Below, in pieces: positions 9,909-20,670 of a stretch of 64,000 bases of DNA. A program made the translations under genes and the position numbers. The stretch is from Polyangiaceae bacterium. Lineage in GTDB: Bacteria; Myxococcota_A; Polyangia; Polyangiales; Polyangiaceae. The notes beneath the pieces were generated by a model. It was not told where the DNA came from and searched no databases. It saw nothing but the letters and a program-made list of their open reading frames with translations. Every line of letters starts with the position of its first letter. Position 1 is the stretch's first letter. The stretch lies in assembly GCA_033763455.1 (NCBI GenBank), contig JANRKO010000008.1, positions 32,001-96,000 of the forward strand, in the 5' to 3' direction.

Positions 9909-10862
9909 ATGTCGCTTTCGTTCGTGCTTGACGACACGCAAGCGCGACAACGCATCGACAAGGTATTGCACCAGTTCTTGCCTGATACGTCGCGGGTCAC
10001 GCTGCAACGCTGGATGGCGGAGGGGCGTGTGCTTGTTTCAGGGCGTCCGTGTCGCCCAAGTGATCTGGTTGGGCCAGGTGCTGTGATTTGGGTCGATCCT
10101 GGCGCTCCGTTGCCATCGGAGGCGGCGCCTGATCCAAGTGTGGTGCTCGACGTGTTGTTTGAAGATGCCTTCTTGATGGTCATCAACAAGCCGGCCGGGC
10201 TCGTTGTGCATCCGGCGCGGGGGCATTGGAGTGGCACATTGGTGAACGGTCTTTTGGCCCGCAGTAGTTTCTCGCGGGAGGCCTTGGGGTCAGACGCCGC
10301 CGCACTTCTTCGGCCCGGAATTGTGCATCGGCTCGATAGGGACACGAGCGGAGTCATTATGGTCGCGAAAACGGAGGCTGCGCGCGAAGGCCTCAAATCC
10401 CAACTCGCCGCGCGCACCGTCGAGCGGTTGTATCGCGGCATTACGCTGGGTGTCCCGAGCAATGCCATTATCCGTACCCTTCACGCACGCAATCCGCACT
10501 CGCGCCTGAAGTTCACGTCACACGCCGAAGTGGGAAAATCAGCCGTCACTCGCGTGACCGTCCTGGAAAAGCTCGCCAGTGGTCGCGCGGCTTTGATTGA
10601 GTGCCGCCTGGAGACAGGACGGACACATCAGATCCGAGTGCATCTCTCCGAGCAATCTAAGACGCCTCTCATCGCAGATGCGCTCTATGGGCGTGTCTCG
10701 AACGATCCCCAACTAGCAGCCATTGGCACACGGTTGGGCCGCCATGCGCTGCACGCGGAAGTGCTTGGTTTCGTGCATCCTATAACGCACGAAGCGCTGC
10801 GGTTCTCGGTGCCGTTTCCCGCCGATCTCGCCGAAACGCTCAGTGCGCTCCGGGCACTCTAA
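9909..10862 (+). CDS. RluA/RluD family pseudouridine synthase
   Basis: S4-like N-terminus, INKPAGLVVHP, HRLDRDTSG, TGRTHQIRVH. Confidence 0.95.
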   Translation: MSLSFVLDDTQARQRIDKVLHQFLPDTSRVTLQRWMAEGRVLVSGRPCRPSDLVGPGAVIWVDPGAPLPSEAAPDPSVVLDVLFEDAFLMVINKPAGLVVHPARGHWSGTLVNGLLARSSFSREALGSDAAALLRPGIVHRLDRDTSGVIMVAKTEAAREGLKSQLAARTVERLYRGITLGVPSNAIIRTLHARNPHSRLKFTSHAEVGKSAVTRVTVLEKLASGRAALIECRLETGRTHQIRVHLSEQSKTPLIADALYGRVSNDPQLAAIGTRLGRHALHAEVLGFVHPITHEALRFSVPFPADLAETLSALRAL

Positions 10863-11835
10863 TTTCGTCGGGCTCCGGAATCTTCCCGGCAAAAAGAGTC
10901 GGATGCTTGAGCTTTAGGAAGAAGAGCGCCACAAATCCCACAAAGACAGCCCACCAGAGCGTCGCGAATCGAATTAACATCATCGATGCTGTGGCGGCAC
11001 CCGTGGTGACTGCCCCAAGATGCACCATTTGCTCATGCAGCATGGCTTCGGTTACGCCAAGGCCACCGGGTACAGGGATTATCGCTCCTGCGAGCGTAGC
11101 CGTAGCGTAGAAAAACACGGCGCGCGCAAGAGGGACTTCGAGTCCAAACCCGTTGAGCAGTGTGGAGAGCGCTAACCCTTCAAGCCCCCAACCAACAACG
11201 GATAGGAGCGCCGGCCAAAGCAAGGCAGAAGGTGCAGCGACCAAGCGCAAGCTCACCAAGGCATCTCTCAATTTGGGTGCGAAGCGCACGAGCTTGCCTT
11301 GGGATTTTTCAATACGTGCCAGCACCCACTCAAGTGGCTTGGGCCAAATCACTATAACCAGGCCGACTCCAACTGCCGCCAGGCCAGCCAACGCCCAGGG
11401 CAACCCGCCGCTGAAGCCAACGCTACCGAGCAAAATGAGAAGCACGACACCGATCACGTCTGTGAGGCGTTCAGCGAAAACGATAGGGGCGGTTCTTGCG
11501 GCGGGCACCTGATGTGTTTCGGAAAGCACCGCGCTTTTGAATACCTCGCCGATTTTTCCAGGAGTGATGGTGAGTACAAAGCCAGAAAGGAAGGCGAGCA
11601 AGCTATCGATCTTGGGAATACCGCGGATGTTGAGGCGTGCCAGGTAGTATTCCCACTTCAGGAAACGAAGCAGATAATTGGTAGTGGCGAGCGCGAGGGC
11701 TAGCGCGAAGGCACTCCAATGAAAGTGCACGAGGCTTTGGGCTATCTTGCTGTAGCCGGTATACAGCACAAACGCCCCGTACAAGAGCACACCGAGCAGC
11801 ACCGCCACCAAGAGGCGAGTGACCAGGTTTTTCAT
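10840..11835 (-). CDS. Lysylphosphatidylglycerol synthase TM / flippase-like membrane protein
   Basis: TPGKIGEVFK, ERLTD, PGGLGVTE motifs; start taken at MKNLV. Confidence 0.85.
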   Translation of the reverse strand: MKNLVTRLLVAVLLGVLLYGAFVLYTGYSKIAQSLVHFHWSAFALALALATTNYLLRFLKWEYYLARLNIRGIPKIDSLLAFLSGFVLTITPGKIGEVFKSAVLSETHQVPAARTAPIVFAERLTDVIGVVLLILLGSVGFSGGLPWALAGLAAVGVGLVIVIWPKPLEWVLARIEKSQGKLVRFAPKLRDALVSLRLVAAPSALLWPALLSVVGWGLEGLALSTLLNGFGLEVPLARAVFFYATATLAGAIIPVPGGLGVTEAMLHEQMVHLGAVTTGAATASMMLIRFATLWWAVFVGFVALFFLKLKHPTLFAGKIPEPDEIRVPGAH

Positions 11836-12032
11836 CGGTCGCACAGATGCCTGACCCCGTAGCGGAAGTACAGGGCTGAAGGCGCCTCTCGCTGGCGAGA
11901 CTCGTTCGCGCGGCCTTTCGGTCGGCTCAATCGGTCCTAGCCGCTGCCTTCGCATTGGATCTCGGCCGTTTGATGCTACCCTCCGCCCGCCTCGCTCCGC
12001 CCCTTTAGAGCCCTCGGACCGGTCCCCTTTTC

Positions 12033-13043
12033 ATGAGTCTCGAAACATCCTCATCCTCCTCTGACGTTGAACTGCTTGAGATCTGCGCCGCTGCGTGCAA
12101 GCGATTAAAGAGCCAAGTCTCCCGAGTTGTGGTTGGGCAGTCTGCGACGGTAGATAGCTTGCTCGTAGCTTTGCTCTCGCGCAGCCACGCATTGCTCGTA
12201 GGTGTTCCTGGCTTGGCAAAAACGCTCTTGGTTTCGAGCGTTTCGCAAGCATTGGGCCTCTCATTTGGCCGCGTCCAGTTTACTCCAGATTTGCTGCCCG
12301 CTGACATTACGGGAACCGACGTGCTGACAGAGGTGGAGAGCCAGGGTGGGGTTCGTCGACAGCTTAGCTTCATGCCCGGTCCCATTTTTCACAACCTGAT
12401 CCTAGCTGACGAAATCAACCGCACGCCGCCCAAGACACAGGCCGCCCTCCTTCAAGCAATGCAGGAACGCCACGTGACGGTGGGTGGCTCAACCCACGCG
12501 CTGCCGGATCCATTTCTCGTGTTCGCGACACGCAATCCAATTGAACAAGAAGGCACGTACCCGTTGCCAGAAGCACAGCTCGACCGGTTCCTGTTGGAAG
12601 TACACGTTGAATATCCCTCTGAGGCTGAAGAGCAGGAAATTTCTCGACGCACCACTTCTGGTCCCGTAAGTGTGATTGAGCCCGTGGTCTCCAAGGAGGA
12701 GCTCGGCCGTCTAACCGCGCTCGTGCCGCGGATCCCCGTAACCGAGGAGGCCGTGAAGCTGGCCGTGCGCATTGCGCGAGCCTCCCGTCCGGAGAACCCT
12801 CAAGCCCCGAAGGAAGTGACCGAATATGTTCGTTTCGGGGCAGGGCCTCGCGGGAGCCAGGCGCTCGTGTTGGCCGCCAAAGCCTGGGCTGCGTTGAGGG
12901 GCGAGGCGGCCGCCGATATCGAAGACATCGAAAGCGTGGCGTTGTCAGCTATGCGGCATCGGCTTGTCTTGAGTTATCGGGCGGAGGCTGACGGGGTGAA
13001 AGACCAAGACGTGCTCCGAGCCATCCTGGGTCAGGTTCGCTAA
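12033..13043 (+). CDS. MoxR family AAA+ ATPase
   Basis: [48 protein letters not shown]. Confidence 0.95.
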   Translation: MSLETSSSSSDVELLEICAAACKRLKSQVSRVVVGQSATVDSLLVALLSRSHALLVGVPGLAKTLLVSSVSQALGLSFGRVQFTPDLLPADITGTDVLTEVESQGGVRRQLSFMPGPIFHNLILADEINRTPPKTQAALLQAMQERHVTVGGSTHALPDPFLVFATRNPIEQEGTYPLPEAQLDRFLLEVHVEYPSEAEEQEISRRTTSGPVSVIEPVVSKEELGRLTALVPRIPVTEEAVKLAVRIARASRPENPQAPKEVTEYVRFGAGPRGSQALVLAAKAWAALRGEAAADIEDIESVALSAMRHRLVLSYRAEADGVKDQDVLRAILGQVR

Positions 13044-13163
13044 ATGAGGCTTGCCCACCCGAGGCGGGTTTGGCACGGTCCGCGGAAATTCGGGAATGCC
13101 CCTAGCCAGTGTCGCGTTCCATCTATTTGGGATTTCGGTAAGTAGCGTAAGGAAAAGCGGGAC

Positions 13164-13661
13164 ATGTTCAGAACGAAACTTGCAGCGTTTACCCTCTTCG
13201 TAGCTCTGTGTCTCCCGGGGCTAGCTCTCCTTGGTGGGTGCGCCACACGCAACATCCCCGACACGGATGTGGCGGACTCGGAGTTTAACCGCAGGGTTCT
13301 CGATTTTTGTGAGACGTACCGCAAGGCCGTTGAACGCCGCAGCATTGGGCAGCTCGCGAGCTTGGCCGCGCCTACGTACTACGAAGACGGTGGCAACGCA
13401 GATTCCTCTGACGACATGGGGCTGGAAGAGTTCAAAGCGTCGCTCAAAGATGTGTTCGCCAAGGCGCGAGCTATCCGGTACGAAATTCGCTATCGCCGCA
13501 TCGGGCGCGGTGAAAAAAATGAAGTCTATGTCGACTACACATACAGCGCCTCGTACAAGGTTCCGACTGAAAACGGCGATGTTTGGCGAAGGCGCGTGGC
13601 CGAGAATCGGCTAGAGCTGATCGAGAACGGCGAAACATTCCGCATCGTTGCGGGCATGTGA
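13164..13661 (+). CDS. Hypothetical lipoprotein (NTF2/SnoaL-like fold suspected)
   Basis: Lipobox LGGC; helix followed by curved-sheet pattern. Confidence 0.65.
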   Translation: MFRTKLAAFTLFVALCLPGLALLGGCATRNIPDTDVADSEFNRRVLDFCETYRKAVERRSIGQLASLAAPTYYEDGGNADSSDDMGLEEFKASLKDVFAKARAIRYEIRYRRIGRGEKNEVYVDYTYSASYKVPTENGDVWRRRVAENRLELIENGETFRIVAGM

Positions 13662-13695
13662 ACCGCGACGCCAATTTCTGGACTGAGGCGCGGAG

Positions 13696-14364
13696 TTAGG
13701 GGTCGAGCATGGCCGTGACGCGATATTCATCGTCCACGCGTCGAAGCCCCACGAACAAGGTTGCGCCGAACAAGCGTTCTCCGTTGTGTTGCGGCCGCAG
13801 CACGGGCACTTTCGCCACGAATTCAGCGCCTTCTGCGAGGGATCGCCCCTCTCCCAAGAGCTCTGGGGTCTCCGTGCTGAACAGCGAAATGTGCGATAGG
13901 TCCAGGGCTTCTTCGCATGGGATGAGCTGATAGGGGAGGCGAGCAAAGCGCGCTGTCCATGTCGTGAGCAGAGGGCGGCGTTCTCCTTGAACCTCAAGCC
14001 AGGGATCGGGTGCGACCAGCGCAGCCAAATCATCCGATGATTCGGCGGCGATCGCGGCGCACAGTCGGGCAATGGTCGCAACGGCTGCCGATCTCGGCAA
14101 AGGCTCACGTAATGTAACCCACCCTTTTTGTGCGTTAGCCACATCTTGACTTCTAGGCACGAGTGCAGCTGAAACGACGCGTGGTGGTCGAGGATTCCCC
14201 GATGCCAAATTGGTTTCCGTGGGGTCTTGTGGCGGCATACTGGATGCTGAGCTCTCCAGGTGTGCGCCACAACCAATCAAGAGTAGGCCGGAAAGCTTCC
14301 ACGAACTTGCCCAGAACCGAGGGGGAGGGTGAGCGTGCACCAAGTTGGGCATGACTGAGCGCAT
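13696..14364 (-). CDS. Hypothetical lipoprotein
   Basis: LLIGC lipobox-like segment; fills the gap co-directionally with the upstream gene; start uncertain. Confidence 0.5.
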   Translation of the reverse strand: MRSVMPNLVHAHPPPRFWASSWKLSGLLLIGCGAHLESSASSMPPQDPTETNLASGNPRPPRVVSAALVPRSQDVANAQKGWVTLREPLPRSAAVATIARLCAAIAAESSDDLAALVAPDPWLEVQGERRPLLTTWTARFARLPYQLIPCEEALDLSHISLFSTETPELLGEGRSLAEGAEFVAKVPVLRPQHNGERLFGATLFVGLRRVDDEYRVTAMLDP

Positions 14365-14414
14365 CCTAGAATTCTGCGGACTCTTAGCTGAGCGCTTCTT
14401 AGGAGTCTGTTGAG

Positions 14415-15248
14415 CTACAGAGACTCGGTGGTGATCTCATCGCTTCGGCTGAGGGTCACGATGGAGCGTGGTGTCACGCGAGTCCAGCCGGGTGGAAGCT
14501 CGTTCATCGCGGAAGCGACCAAGCGAATGCGAGAATTTTCGACGCTCGGGATGCGAGCTTTCTGCACCACTTCCTCGCCCAAGAGGTTTTCGAGGTCGTG
14601 GCGCCCTTTGAGTTCGCGGTAACCCATCGTGCCGTCTCTGTGTACTGCGATGATGCACTCACCATCGGCAACCAAAATATCTCCGCGATTCTTCTCTTCA
14701 AAGCCTTCCTCGGCCGACAATTGATCCACGAGGGAGATGGAGGCACGGAGGGCTGCGCGAATATGTTCGGGGGCCACATGCGCATCGTCGAGCCGACCAG
14801 CGTCGTGCAGAAAGCTCAAAAATAAGTAGAAAAACAGCTCGCTGTCCGTTTCCCCGCGAACATTGCGCCGCAGAAATTCAGGTTGCGAGCCGAGCAGCCG
14901 CTCCCGCAACCGTTCAAAACCTTGAATGGTTCCGGTTTGTGCGAACAACCATGAGCGATAGCGAAAAGGGTGCGTATTTTCCGTGCGGAGAGCCCCGATG
15001 CCGGCCTTCCTCACGTGCCCAATGATGAGATCCCCCCGGATGCCTTCTGCAGCATCTGCGAGACCAATCACTTCACGTTCATCGATCGGACGCCTGCGCA
15101 ACAAGACTTCACCAGATTGGTAGAAGCCAACGCCCCAACCGAGCGGCTCGGGGCCATCACGCCGAACCTGCAGCACGTCGCCGTACGCTTCAAGGACACT
15201 GCTGGCGAGATCGGAACGATTCGCGATCAAGCCGAACATTCGAGCCAT
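14415..15248 (-). CDS. Class II glutamine amidotransferase (YafJ/EgtC-like) fold protein lacking the N-terminal Cys
   Basis: GWGVGFY, IGHVRKA, ENTHPF, GETDSE; starts MARMFG. Confidence 0.85.
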   Translation of the reverse strand: MARMFGLIANRSDLASSVLEAYGDVLQVRRDGPEPLGWGVGFYQSGEVLLRRRPIDEREVIGLADAAEGIRGDLIIGHVRKAGIGALRTENTHPFRYRSWLFAQTGTIQGFERLRERLLGSQPEFLRRNVRGETDSELFFYLFLSFLHDAGRLDDAHVAPEHIRAALRASISLVDQLSAEEGFEEKNRGDILVADGECIIAVHRDGTMGYRELKGRHDLENLLGEEVVQKARIPSVENSRIRLVASAMNELPPGWTRVTPRSIVTLSRSDEITTESL

Positions 15249-15440
15249 TAATCAAACTCCGGGGAAAGCACTTGCCCAAGCATAACGTGTTCATCGCGGT
15301 ACTGCACGCCGAACGCTCTAAGGGCTAGTGGCCCCAGGCCGAACGGCCCAGATCGCTAGGACACGGGCAACATGGAACGTACCTCTCCCGCCCTGTAAGC
15401 CCAGGTGTGGTGGCGAGGGGCGCGGTGGGGTGAAGCCTCA

Positions 15441-16730
15441 TTACGGGCTCAGGCGGTTTAGCGTGCGTGCGAACGGGATCGTTTCCCGCACGTGGGGGAG
15501 ACCACACAGCCAGGCGACGGTGCGTTCCACCCCTAGGCCGAAGCCAGCGTGTTCGAACGTGCCGTAGCGACGGAGATCAAAATACCACTGAAAGGCGGAC
15601 TCCGGTAGGCCGTGCTGCTGGATACTGCTCCTCAGTGTTTCAAGATCATCTTCACGCTGACCCCCGCCGATGATCTCGCCGTAGCCCTCGGGTGCCAACA
15701 CATCCATGCAGAGCGCAAGATCAGCATTCTCTGGATCGCGCTTCATGTAGAAAGCTTTGAGCTTCAAGGGGTAGCGATGAACAATTACGGGCCGATCAAA
15801 CTTGGAACTTATCACCGTTTCTTCGTCCGCCCCAAAGTCGTCTCCAAACTTCGCGTCGTGCCCCGCCCCGCGTAGGATATCAATGGCTTCGGCGTAGGTG
15901 ATACGAGGGAAAGGTGGAACAATCGCTCTGAGTTTATCCAGATCACGTTCGAGCGTCAGAAGCTCAGGTTCACGGGTCTTGAGAACATGAGCCGCAATTG
16001 CACCGATGAAGTTCTCGGCGAGCTCCATGTCCCCTGCGAGGTTCATGAACGCGACCTCTGGCTCCACCATCCAGAATTCGGCGAGGTGGCGCCGAGTTTT
16101 GCTTTTTTCTGCACGAAACGTGGGCCCAAAACAATACACCTTGCCGAAAGCGGCCGCGCCCGCCTCCATGTAAAGCTGCCCAGATTGGGTGAGGTAAGCC
16201 TTGTCGCCATGGTAGTCGGTTTCGAACAGCGTGCTTGTGCCTTCGCAGGCGCTCGGCGTAAAGATCGGGGCGTCGATGAGAGTGAAATCTCGCTCGTCGA
16301 AGAAATTGCGGATGGCCTGGATGATGGCATGGCGGATCCGCAAGATAGCGTGCTGGCGTTTACTGCGCAGCCACAGGTGCCGGTGGTCCATTAGGAAATC
16401 CGTACCGTGCTCTTTGGGCGTGATGGGGTAATCCACCGCGGTTCCCAACACCTGGATGGCCGAGATGTGGAGCTCGAATTCGGAAGGGCGTTTGGGGTGC
16501 GCACGTACGACGCCTTGAAGACGAAGCGACGTCTCTTGGGTTACATGGCCCGCGAGCTCGAAGCTTTCGGCATCCACATCGTTCTTCCCGATGACACACT
16601 GAACCGTGCCGGTGCCGTCGCGCAGCTCCAAGAAGTGCACCGACTTTCCCGATCGACTGTTGTAAAGCCAGCCTTGGATGCTGACGGTTTCTCCCACGTG
16701 GTGCTTGAGTTCAGTGACGCGCACAGACAT
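15441..16730 (-). CDS. asnS: Asparagine--tRNA ligase
   Basis: OB fold (LRDGTG), [41 protein letters not shown]. Confidence 0.95.
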   Translation of the reverse strand: MSVRVTELKHHVGETVSIQGWLYNSRSGKSVHFLELRDGTGTVQCVIGKNDVDAESFELAGHVTQETSLRLQGVVRAHPKRPSEFELHISAIQVLGTAVDYPITPKEHGTDFLMDHRHLWLRSKRQHAILRIRHAIIQAIRNFFDERDFTLIDAPIFTPSACEGTSTLFETDYHGDKAYLTQSGQLYMEAGAAAFGKVYCFGPTFRAEKSKTRRHLAEFWMVEPEVAFMNLAGDMELAENFIGAIAAHVLKTREPELLTLERDLDKLRAIVPPFPRITYAEAIDILRGAGHDAKFGDDFGADEETVISSKFDRPVIVHRYPLKLKAFYMKRDPENADLALCMDVLAPEGYGEIIGGGQREDDLETLRSSIQQHGLPESAFQWYFDLRRYGTFEHAGFGLGVERTVAWLCGLPHVRETIPFARTLNRLSP

Positions 16731-16875
16731 AAGGAACCATTATCGTCGGAGTGGAGGGGAAGCCAACTCTGCGCGGATGCACGCTAAGTTGCGTGGCTTC
16801 GCTCTCGCCTACCAGCGAGTGGTCGAGGGCGTACGACACTTGCCATTCTGAAGGGAGTTCTCTCGGCGCGCGGGG

Positions 16876-16907
16876 TACTTAGCATGCTAAGTATCTCTGC
16901 TTTGACA
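16876..16907. promoter_or_regulatory. Perfect 18-bp palindrome next to a TTGACA box in the divergent asnS/ygfZ intergenic region
   Basis: TACTTAGCATGCTAAGTA at 16876-16893; TTGACA at 16902-16907. Confidence 0.5.
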
Positions 16908-17012
16908 AATTTCAGCTACCCAATACACGGCGTCTTACCTCTTAAGTGAGGCTCCGTTGCGCTCACTCAGACTAGCGCGTGAGCGGCTCGGTGCTCCGTT
17001 GCGCAAGGAACA

Positions 17013-17960
17013 ATGGTACAGATGCGGGGTATGAACGTGATAGCGGCGCCCGCTGGGATCTCAGTGGTCACTCGGGAGGATTTCTTCTCCTTTGTCGTGA
17101 CGGGGCCGGAGCGGAAGAGTTGGCTTCAAGGTTTGCTCACCGGTGATGTGAGTGCCGTAGGGCCTCGGGCGGGCGCATGGAGCTTGGCGCTCACCAAGCA
17201 GGGCAAGATCGTGGCGGACTTGGTGTTGCTCGAAAACGCCGACGAGGAGTTGTGGGTGGGGGGCACCGAAGCCGAGCCCGGTGCCTTTGCGAAGTACTTA
17301 GACGCCTTCCTGATCATGGAAGACGCTGAGGTTCGCGAGGCGAGCTCCGAGTGCGTTTGGATATTCGCTTTTGGGCAGAATGCTTGGGGAACGCTTTCGG
17401 GAGCGCGGCCTGGTACGATGGCGCAGGGGCAAGTGAGTGCGCTCGGGGTCGGCACGACGGCGTGGGTGGTGCAGCGCAACGCGCAGGCGAGCTTCTTACA
17501 AAGTGTTGGCGAGCTTGATGCCGTACATGTGGTTGTGGACGCCGAGGAATGGTTGCGGTTGCGCCTGCGGCTGGGGCTGCCGTTATTCGGTACGGATTTT
17601 TCCGGAGATGAAAACCCACACCAGGCCTCGCTCGAACGCCGCGCCGTCGATTGGCAGAAAGGCTGCTACCTGGGCCAAGAAGTGGTCTGTATGCAAGAGA
17701 TGCGCGGAAAGGTGAAGCGCCGCTTGGTGCGCCTCGAAGTGGAGCAGGCGGCGCCTGTAGCTGCCGGTGCAGCCGTGTTCGGGCCCGAGGGCGCGTTTGT
17801 CGGCGAGGTCACGTCGTCTGTTCAAGCCGACGGCCAACAGCTCGCGTATGCGCGCGTGAAGGCGCCCTACTTCGACGGCTCGGTGCCGCTCCTGGTGGGT
17901 GGGGCAGCGGCGCGGGTAGTTGCAGGCGAGAACGGCTCTTTCGCCAGCAAGGCTCCATGA
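17013..17960 (+). CDS. ygfZ: YgfZ/GcvT folate-binding protein
   Basis: KGCYLGQE signature. Confidence 0.9.
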   Translation: MVQMRGMNVIAAPAGISVVTREDFFSFVVTGPERKSWLQGLLTGDVSAVGPRAGAWSLALTKQGKIVADLVLLENADEELWVGGTEAEPGAFAKYLDAFLIMEDAEVREASSECVWIFAFGQNAWGTLSGARPGTMAQGQVSALGVGTTAWVVQRNAQASFLQSVGELDAVHVVVDAEEWLRLRLRLGLPLFGTDFSGDENPHQASLERRAVDWQKGCYLGQEVVCMQEMRGKVKRRLVRLEVEQAAPVAAGAAVFGPEGAFVGEVTSSVQADGQQLAYARVKAPYFDGSVPLLVGGAAARVVAGENGSFASKAP

Positions 17961-17979
17961 TAGAGTGATCGCTGAAGCC

Positions 17980-18945
17980 ATGAGCGACAGCCACCCTTTT
18001 TCTCCTGATCAACTTCAACGCAGTCACCGCACGAGCTCCGGCTTGCAGGTGGCCGAAGACGTGCTGGGGCTCATCGCGCAGACACCGTTAGTACGGCTGG
18101 GTCGCATATCACCCGACGGTGGAGCCCACGTGTGGGCGAAAGTGGAGTTCGCCAATCCCGGCGGGAGTGTGAAAGATCGGCCAGCCTTGGCCATGATCCT
18201 GGAGGCGGAGAAAGCAGGGCTGCTCAAAGAGGGGTCCACCATTGTGGAGGCTACGAGCGGCAACACAGGTATCAGCCTCGCCATGATTGCGGCGATCCGT
18301 GGTTACCGGTGCGTATTGGTGATGCCAGAAGATATGAGCATGGAGCGTCGCTACATTTTGCGCGCCTATGGAGCTGAAATTGTACTGACGCCTGCCAAAG
18401 AGGGCATGGCGGGCGCAGTTGCTAAGTCGACTCAACTCATGGGTGAGACCGTGGGAGCCTTCATGCCAAGTCAATTCAAGAACAAGGCGAATCCTTCGTG
18501 TCACGAGGTGTTAACTGGGCCAGAAATCTTGGAACAAACCGGCGGAGATATCGCCGCATTTGTTGCGGGGGTGGGTACCGGCGGTACGCTCACGGGCGTT
18601 GCGCGGGCGCTTCGCGCCAAGCTTGGCAGTAAAGTAAAAGTGATTGCGGTGGAGCCTTCGGCGAGTGCCGTGCTGAGCGGCAAACCGCCGGGAATGCATG
18701 GTATCCAGGGGCTCGGTGCGGGCTTTGTACCTGAGATCCTAGATCGATCGCTGATCGATGAAGTCATTACGGTGTCGGATGTGGCGGCTGAGCGCATGGC
18801 GCGCAGGTTGGCTCGCGAAGAGGGCCTATTGGTCGGCCCTTCTGCGGGAGCTAACGTTCACGCGGCGAGCGAAGTGGCTGCCCGTTTTCCTGGCGGCAAA
18901 GTTGTCACCATCTTGTGCGATTCGGGCGAACGCTATTTGTTCTAA
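17980..18945 (+). CDS. cysK: Cysteine synthase A
   Basis: NPGGSVKDR (PLP Lys), EATSGNTG, GTGGT, IQGLGAGF, DSGERY. Confidence 0.95.
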   Translation: MSDSHPFSPDQLQRSHRTSSGLQVAEDVLGLIAQTPLVRLGRISPDGGAHVWAKVEFANPGGSVKDRPALAMILEAEKAGLLKEGSTIVEATSGNTGISLAMIAAIRGYRCVLVMPEDMSMERRYILRAYGAEIVLTPAKEGMAGAVAKSTQLMGETVGAFMPSQFKNKANPSCHEVLTGPEILEQTGGDIAAFVAGVGTGGTLTGVARALRAKLGSKVKVIAVEPSASAVLSGKPPGMHGIQGLGAGFVPEILDRSLIDEVITVSDVAAERMARRLAREEGLLVGPSAGANVHAASEVAARFPGGKVVTILCDSGERYLF

Positions 18946-18955
18946 GAGCCGGCCC

Positions 18956-19741
18956 TCAGCTTCCACGAAAGCTTGGCGTGCGTTTCTCTCGAAAGGCCGT
19001 GACACCTTCAAGAAGGTCAGCGCTTTTTAGCAGCCGGAGCTGACCTTCCTTTTCGCGAGCTAACCCTTCGGCGAGATCTCCGTGAAGGCTACTTCTCACC
19101 GCTTGTTTGATCCGTTGCACCGCGAGCGGAGCCGCTCCCTGGAATCGCTCGGCCCAGCCGTCCACGCATGCTTCCAATGAATCAGCTGGTACCACTTCGC
19201 TGGCGAGCCCCAGGGCTAAGGCTTCGGCTGCCTGCACGGCACGGCCCGTAAGCAGCAGTTCAAGCGCCCGCCCCACGCCTACAAGCCGTGGCAGAAAGTA
19301 GCTCGCGCCGCCGTCTGGCATGAGGCCTATCGCGATGAACTTCTCCTGAAAATAGGCCTTTTCACTCACAATTCGGAGGTCGCACGCGAGGGCCAAATCA
19401 GCGCCGAAACCAACGGCTGGCCCATCCACCTCTGCGATCACCACCTGTGGAGCGCTGGTGATGCAGCGGATCAATCGTTGAAAGGCGTCCAGGCGTGCCT
19501 CTAGCAAAGGCAACTCAGTTCGATGAGGTTGAAAATCCTCCATCAAGTCGGCGCCGGAACAAAAGCTGCCGCCCGCTCCGCTCAGCACAATCACCCGGTT
19601 AGTGGGTGTCGAGGCCGCGCGCTCTAATGCGTCCCCCAACATACTTACAAGCTCCGGGTTGAGTGCATTCTTGGTCTTCGGGCGGTTCAGCGTGAGACGC
19701 ACGACGCCGTGTGTTTCGCTCACCAGGAGTGGAAGAGTCAT
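18956..19741 (-). CDS. Enoyl-CoA hydratase/isomerase family protein
   Basis: LNRPKTKNAL, FCSGADL, AVGFGADLALACD, GLMPDGG. Confidence 0.92.
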   Translation of the reverse strand: MTLPLLVSETHGVVRLTLNRPKTKNALNPELVSMLGDALERAASTPTNRVIVLSGAGGSFCSGADLMEDFQPHRTELPLLEARLDAFQRLIRCITSAPQVVIAEVDGPAVGFGADLALACDLRIVSEKAYFQEKFIAIGLMPDGGASYFLPRLVGVGRALELLLTGRAVQAAEALALGLASEVVPADSLEACVDGWAERFQGAAPLAVQRIKQAVRSSLHGDLAEGLAREKEGQLRLLKSADLLEGVTAFREKRTPSFRGS

Positions 19742-19806
19742 ATTGGGCCAGAATACCACGTTCTTTTGCCGGAAACGCCGCCATTCCGTGCTAAGGCGTG
19801 CGGCCT

Positions 19807-20670
19807 ATGGGCGAGCCTTTCGAAATTCCCGATGCTTTGCCACTCCACGAACAGCGGGGTCAGACATTTCCCGCGCTCGTTGCGCTGATGCAGCGGCTGC
19901 TCGGGCCAGGTGGTTGCCCCTGGGACAGAGAGCAAGATCTGCTTTCGTTGCGCAAATTTGTGCTCGAAGAAGCCTGCGAGGTAATCGACGCGATCGACGG
20001 CGGCAAGCCCGAAGAGCTCGTGGAAGAGCTCGGAGATCTTGCGCTTCAGGTGGTCTTCCTAAGTGAGCTCGGGCGAGCGCAGGGCACCTTCGGGCCGGAC
20101 GATGCCATTCGAAGTATTGTTGAGAAGCTGGTTCGGCGCCATCCCCATGTATTCGGGGATGTTCAGGTTGAGGATTCGGGTGAGGTGCTTTCGAACTGGG
20201 AGGCCATCAAGGCCATGGAGAAACGGGATCGCCCGTTGCTCGGCGGCGTGCCCCGTTCACTACCAGCGCTCTTGCGTGCTCAGACGCTTTCGGAGCGCGT
20301 GGCGCGAGTCGGCTTTGATTGGCCCGATGGGCGTGGCTCTCGCGACAAAGTGAGCGAAGAGCTGGCGGAGCTCGACGAAGCTATTGCGAGCGGAAATCGA
20401 GAACACATAGAACATGAGCTCGGAGATCTTTTGTTTGCCGTTGTGAATTTAGCTCGGCACGCGGGGCTCGATGCCGAGGCCGCGCTCAGGAAATCCAGCG
20501 ATCGCTTTGGGGCACGTTTTGGCCACGTGGAAACGCGCGTGAAGGAGCGCCACGGCGGCTGGCCAAAAGGTGCAGACGGAAAGCCGGGTCGAGGGCTTGG
20601 GCTCGAAGAGCTCGATGGCTACTGGGACGAAGCCAAAGCGCTTGGTATCGGTAAGGAACCCGCGCTGTGA
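19807..20670 (+). CDS. mazG: Nucleoside triphosphate pyrophosphohydrolase MazG
   Basis: GCPWDREQ, EELGD, RRHPHVF, GFDW. Confidence 0.95.
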   Translation: MGEPFEIPDALPLHEQRGQTFPALVALMQRLLGPGGCPWDREQDLLSLRKFVLEEACEVIDAIDGGKPEELVEELGDLALQVVFLSELGRAQGTFGPDDAIRSIVEKLVRRHPHVFGDVQVEDSGEVLSNWEAIKAMEKRDRPLLGGVPRSLPALLRAQTLSERVARVGFDWPDGRGSRDKVSEELAELDEAIASGNREHIEHELGDLLFAVVNLARHAGLDAEAALRKSSDRFGARFGHVETRVKERHGGWPKGADGKPGRGLGLEELDGYWDEAKALGIGKEPAL

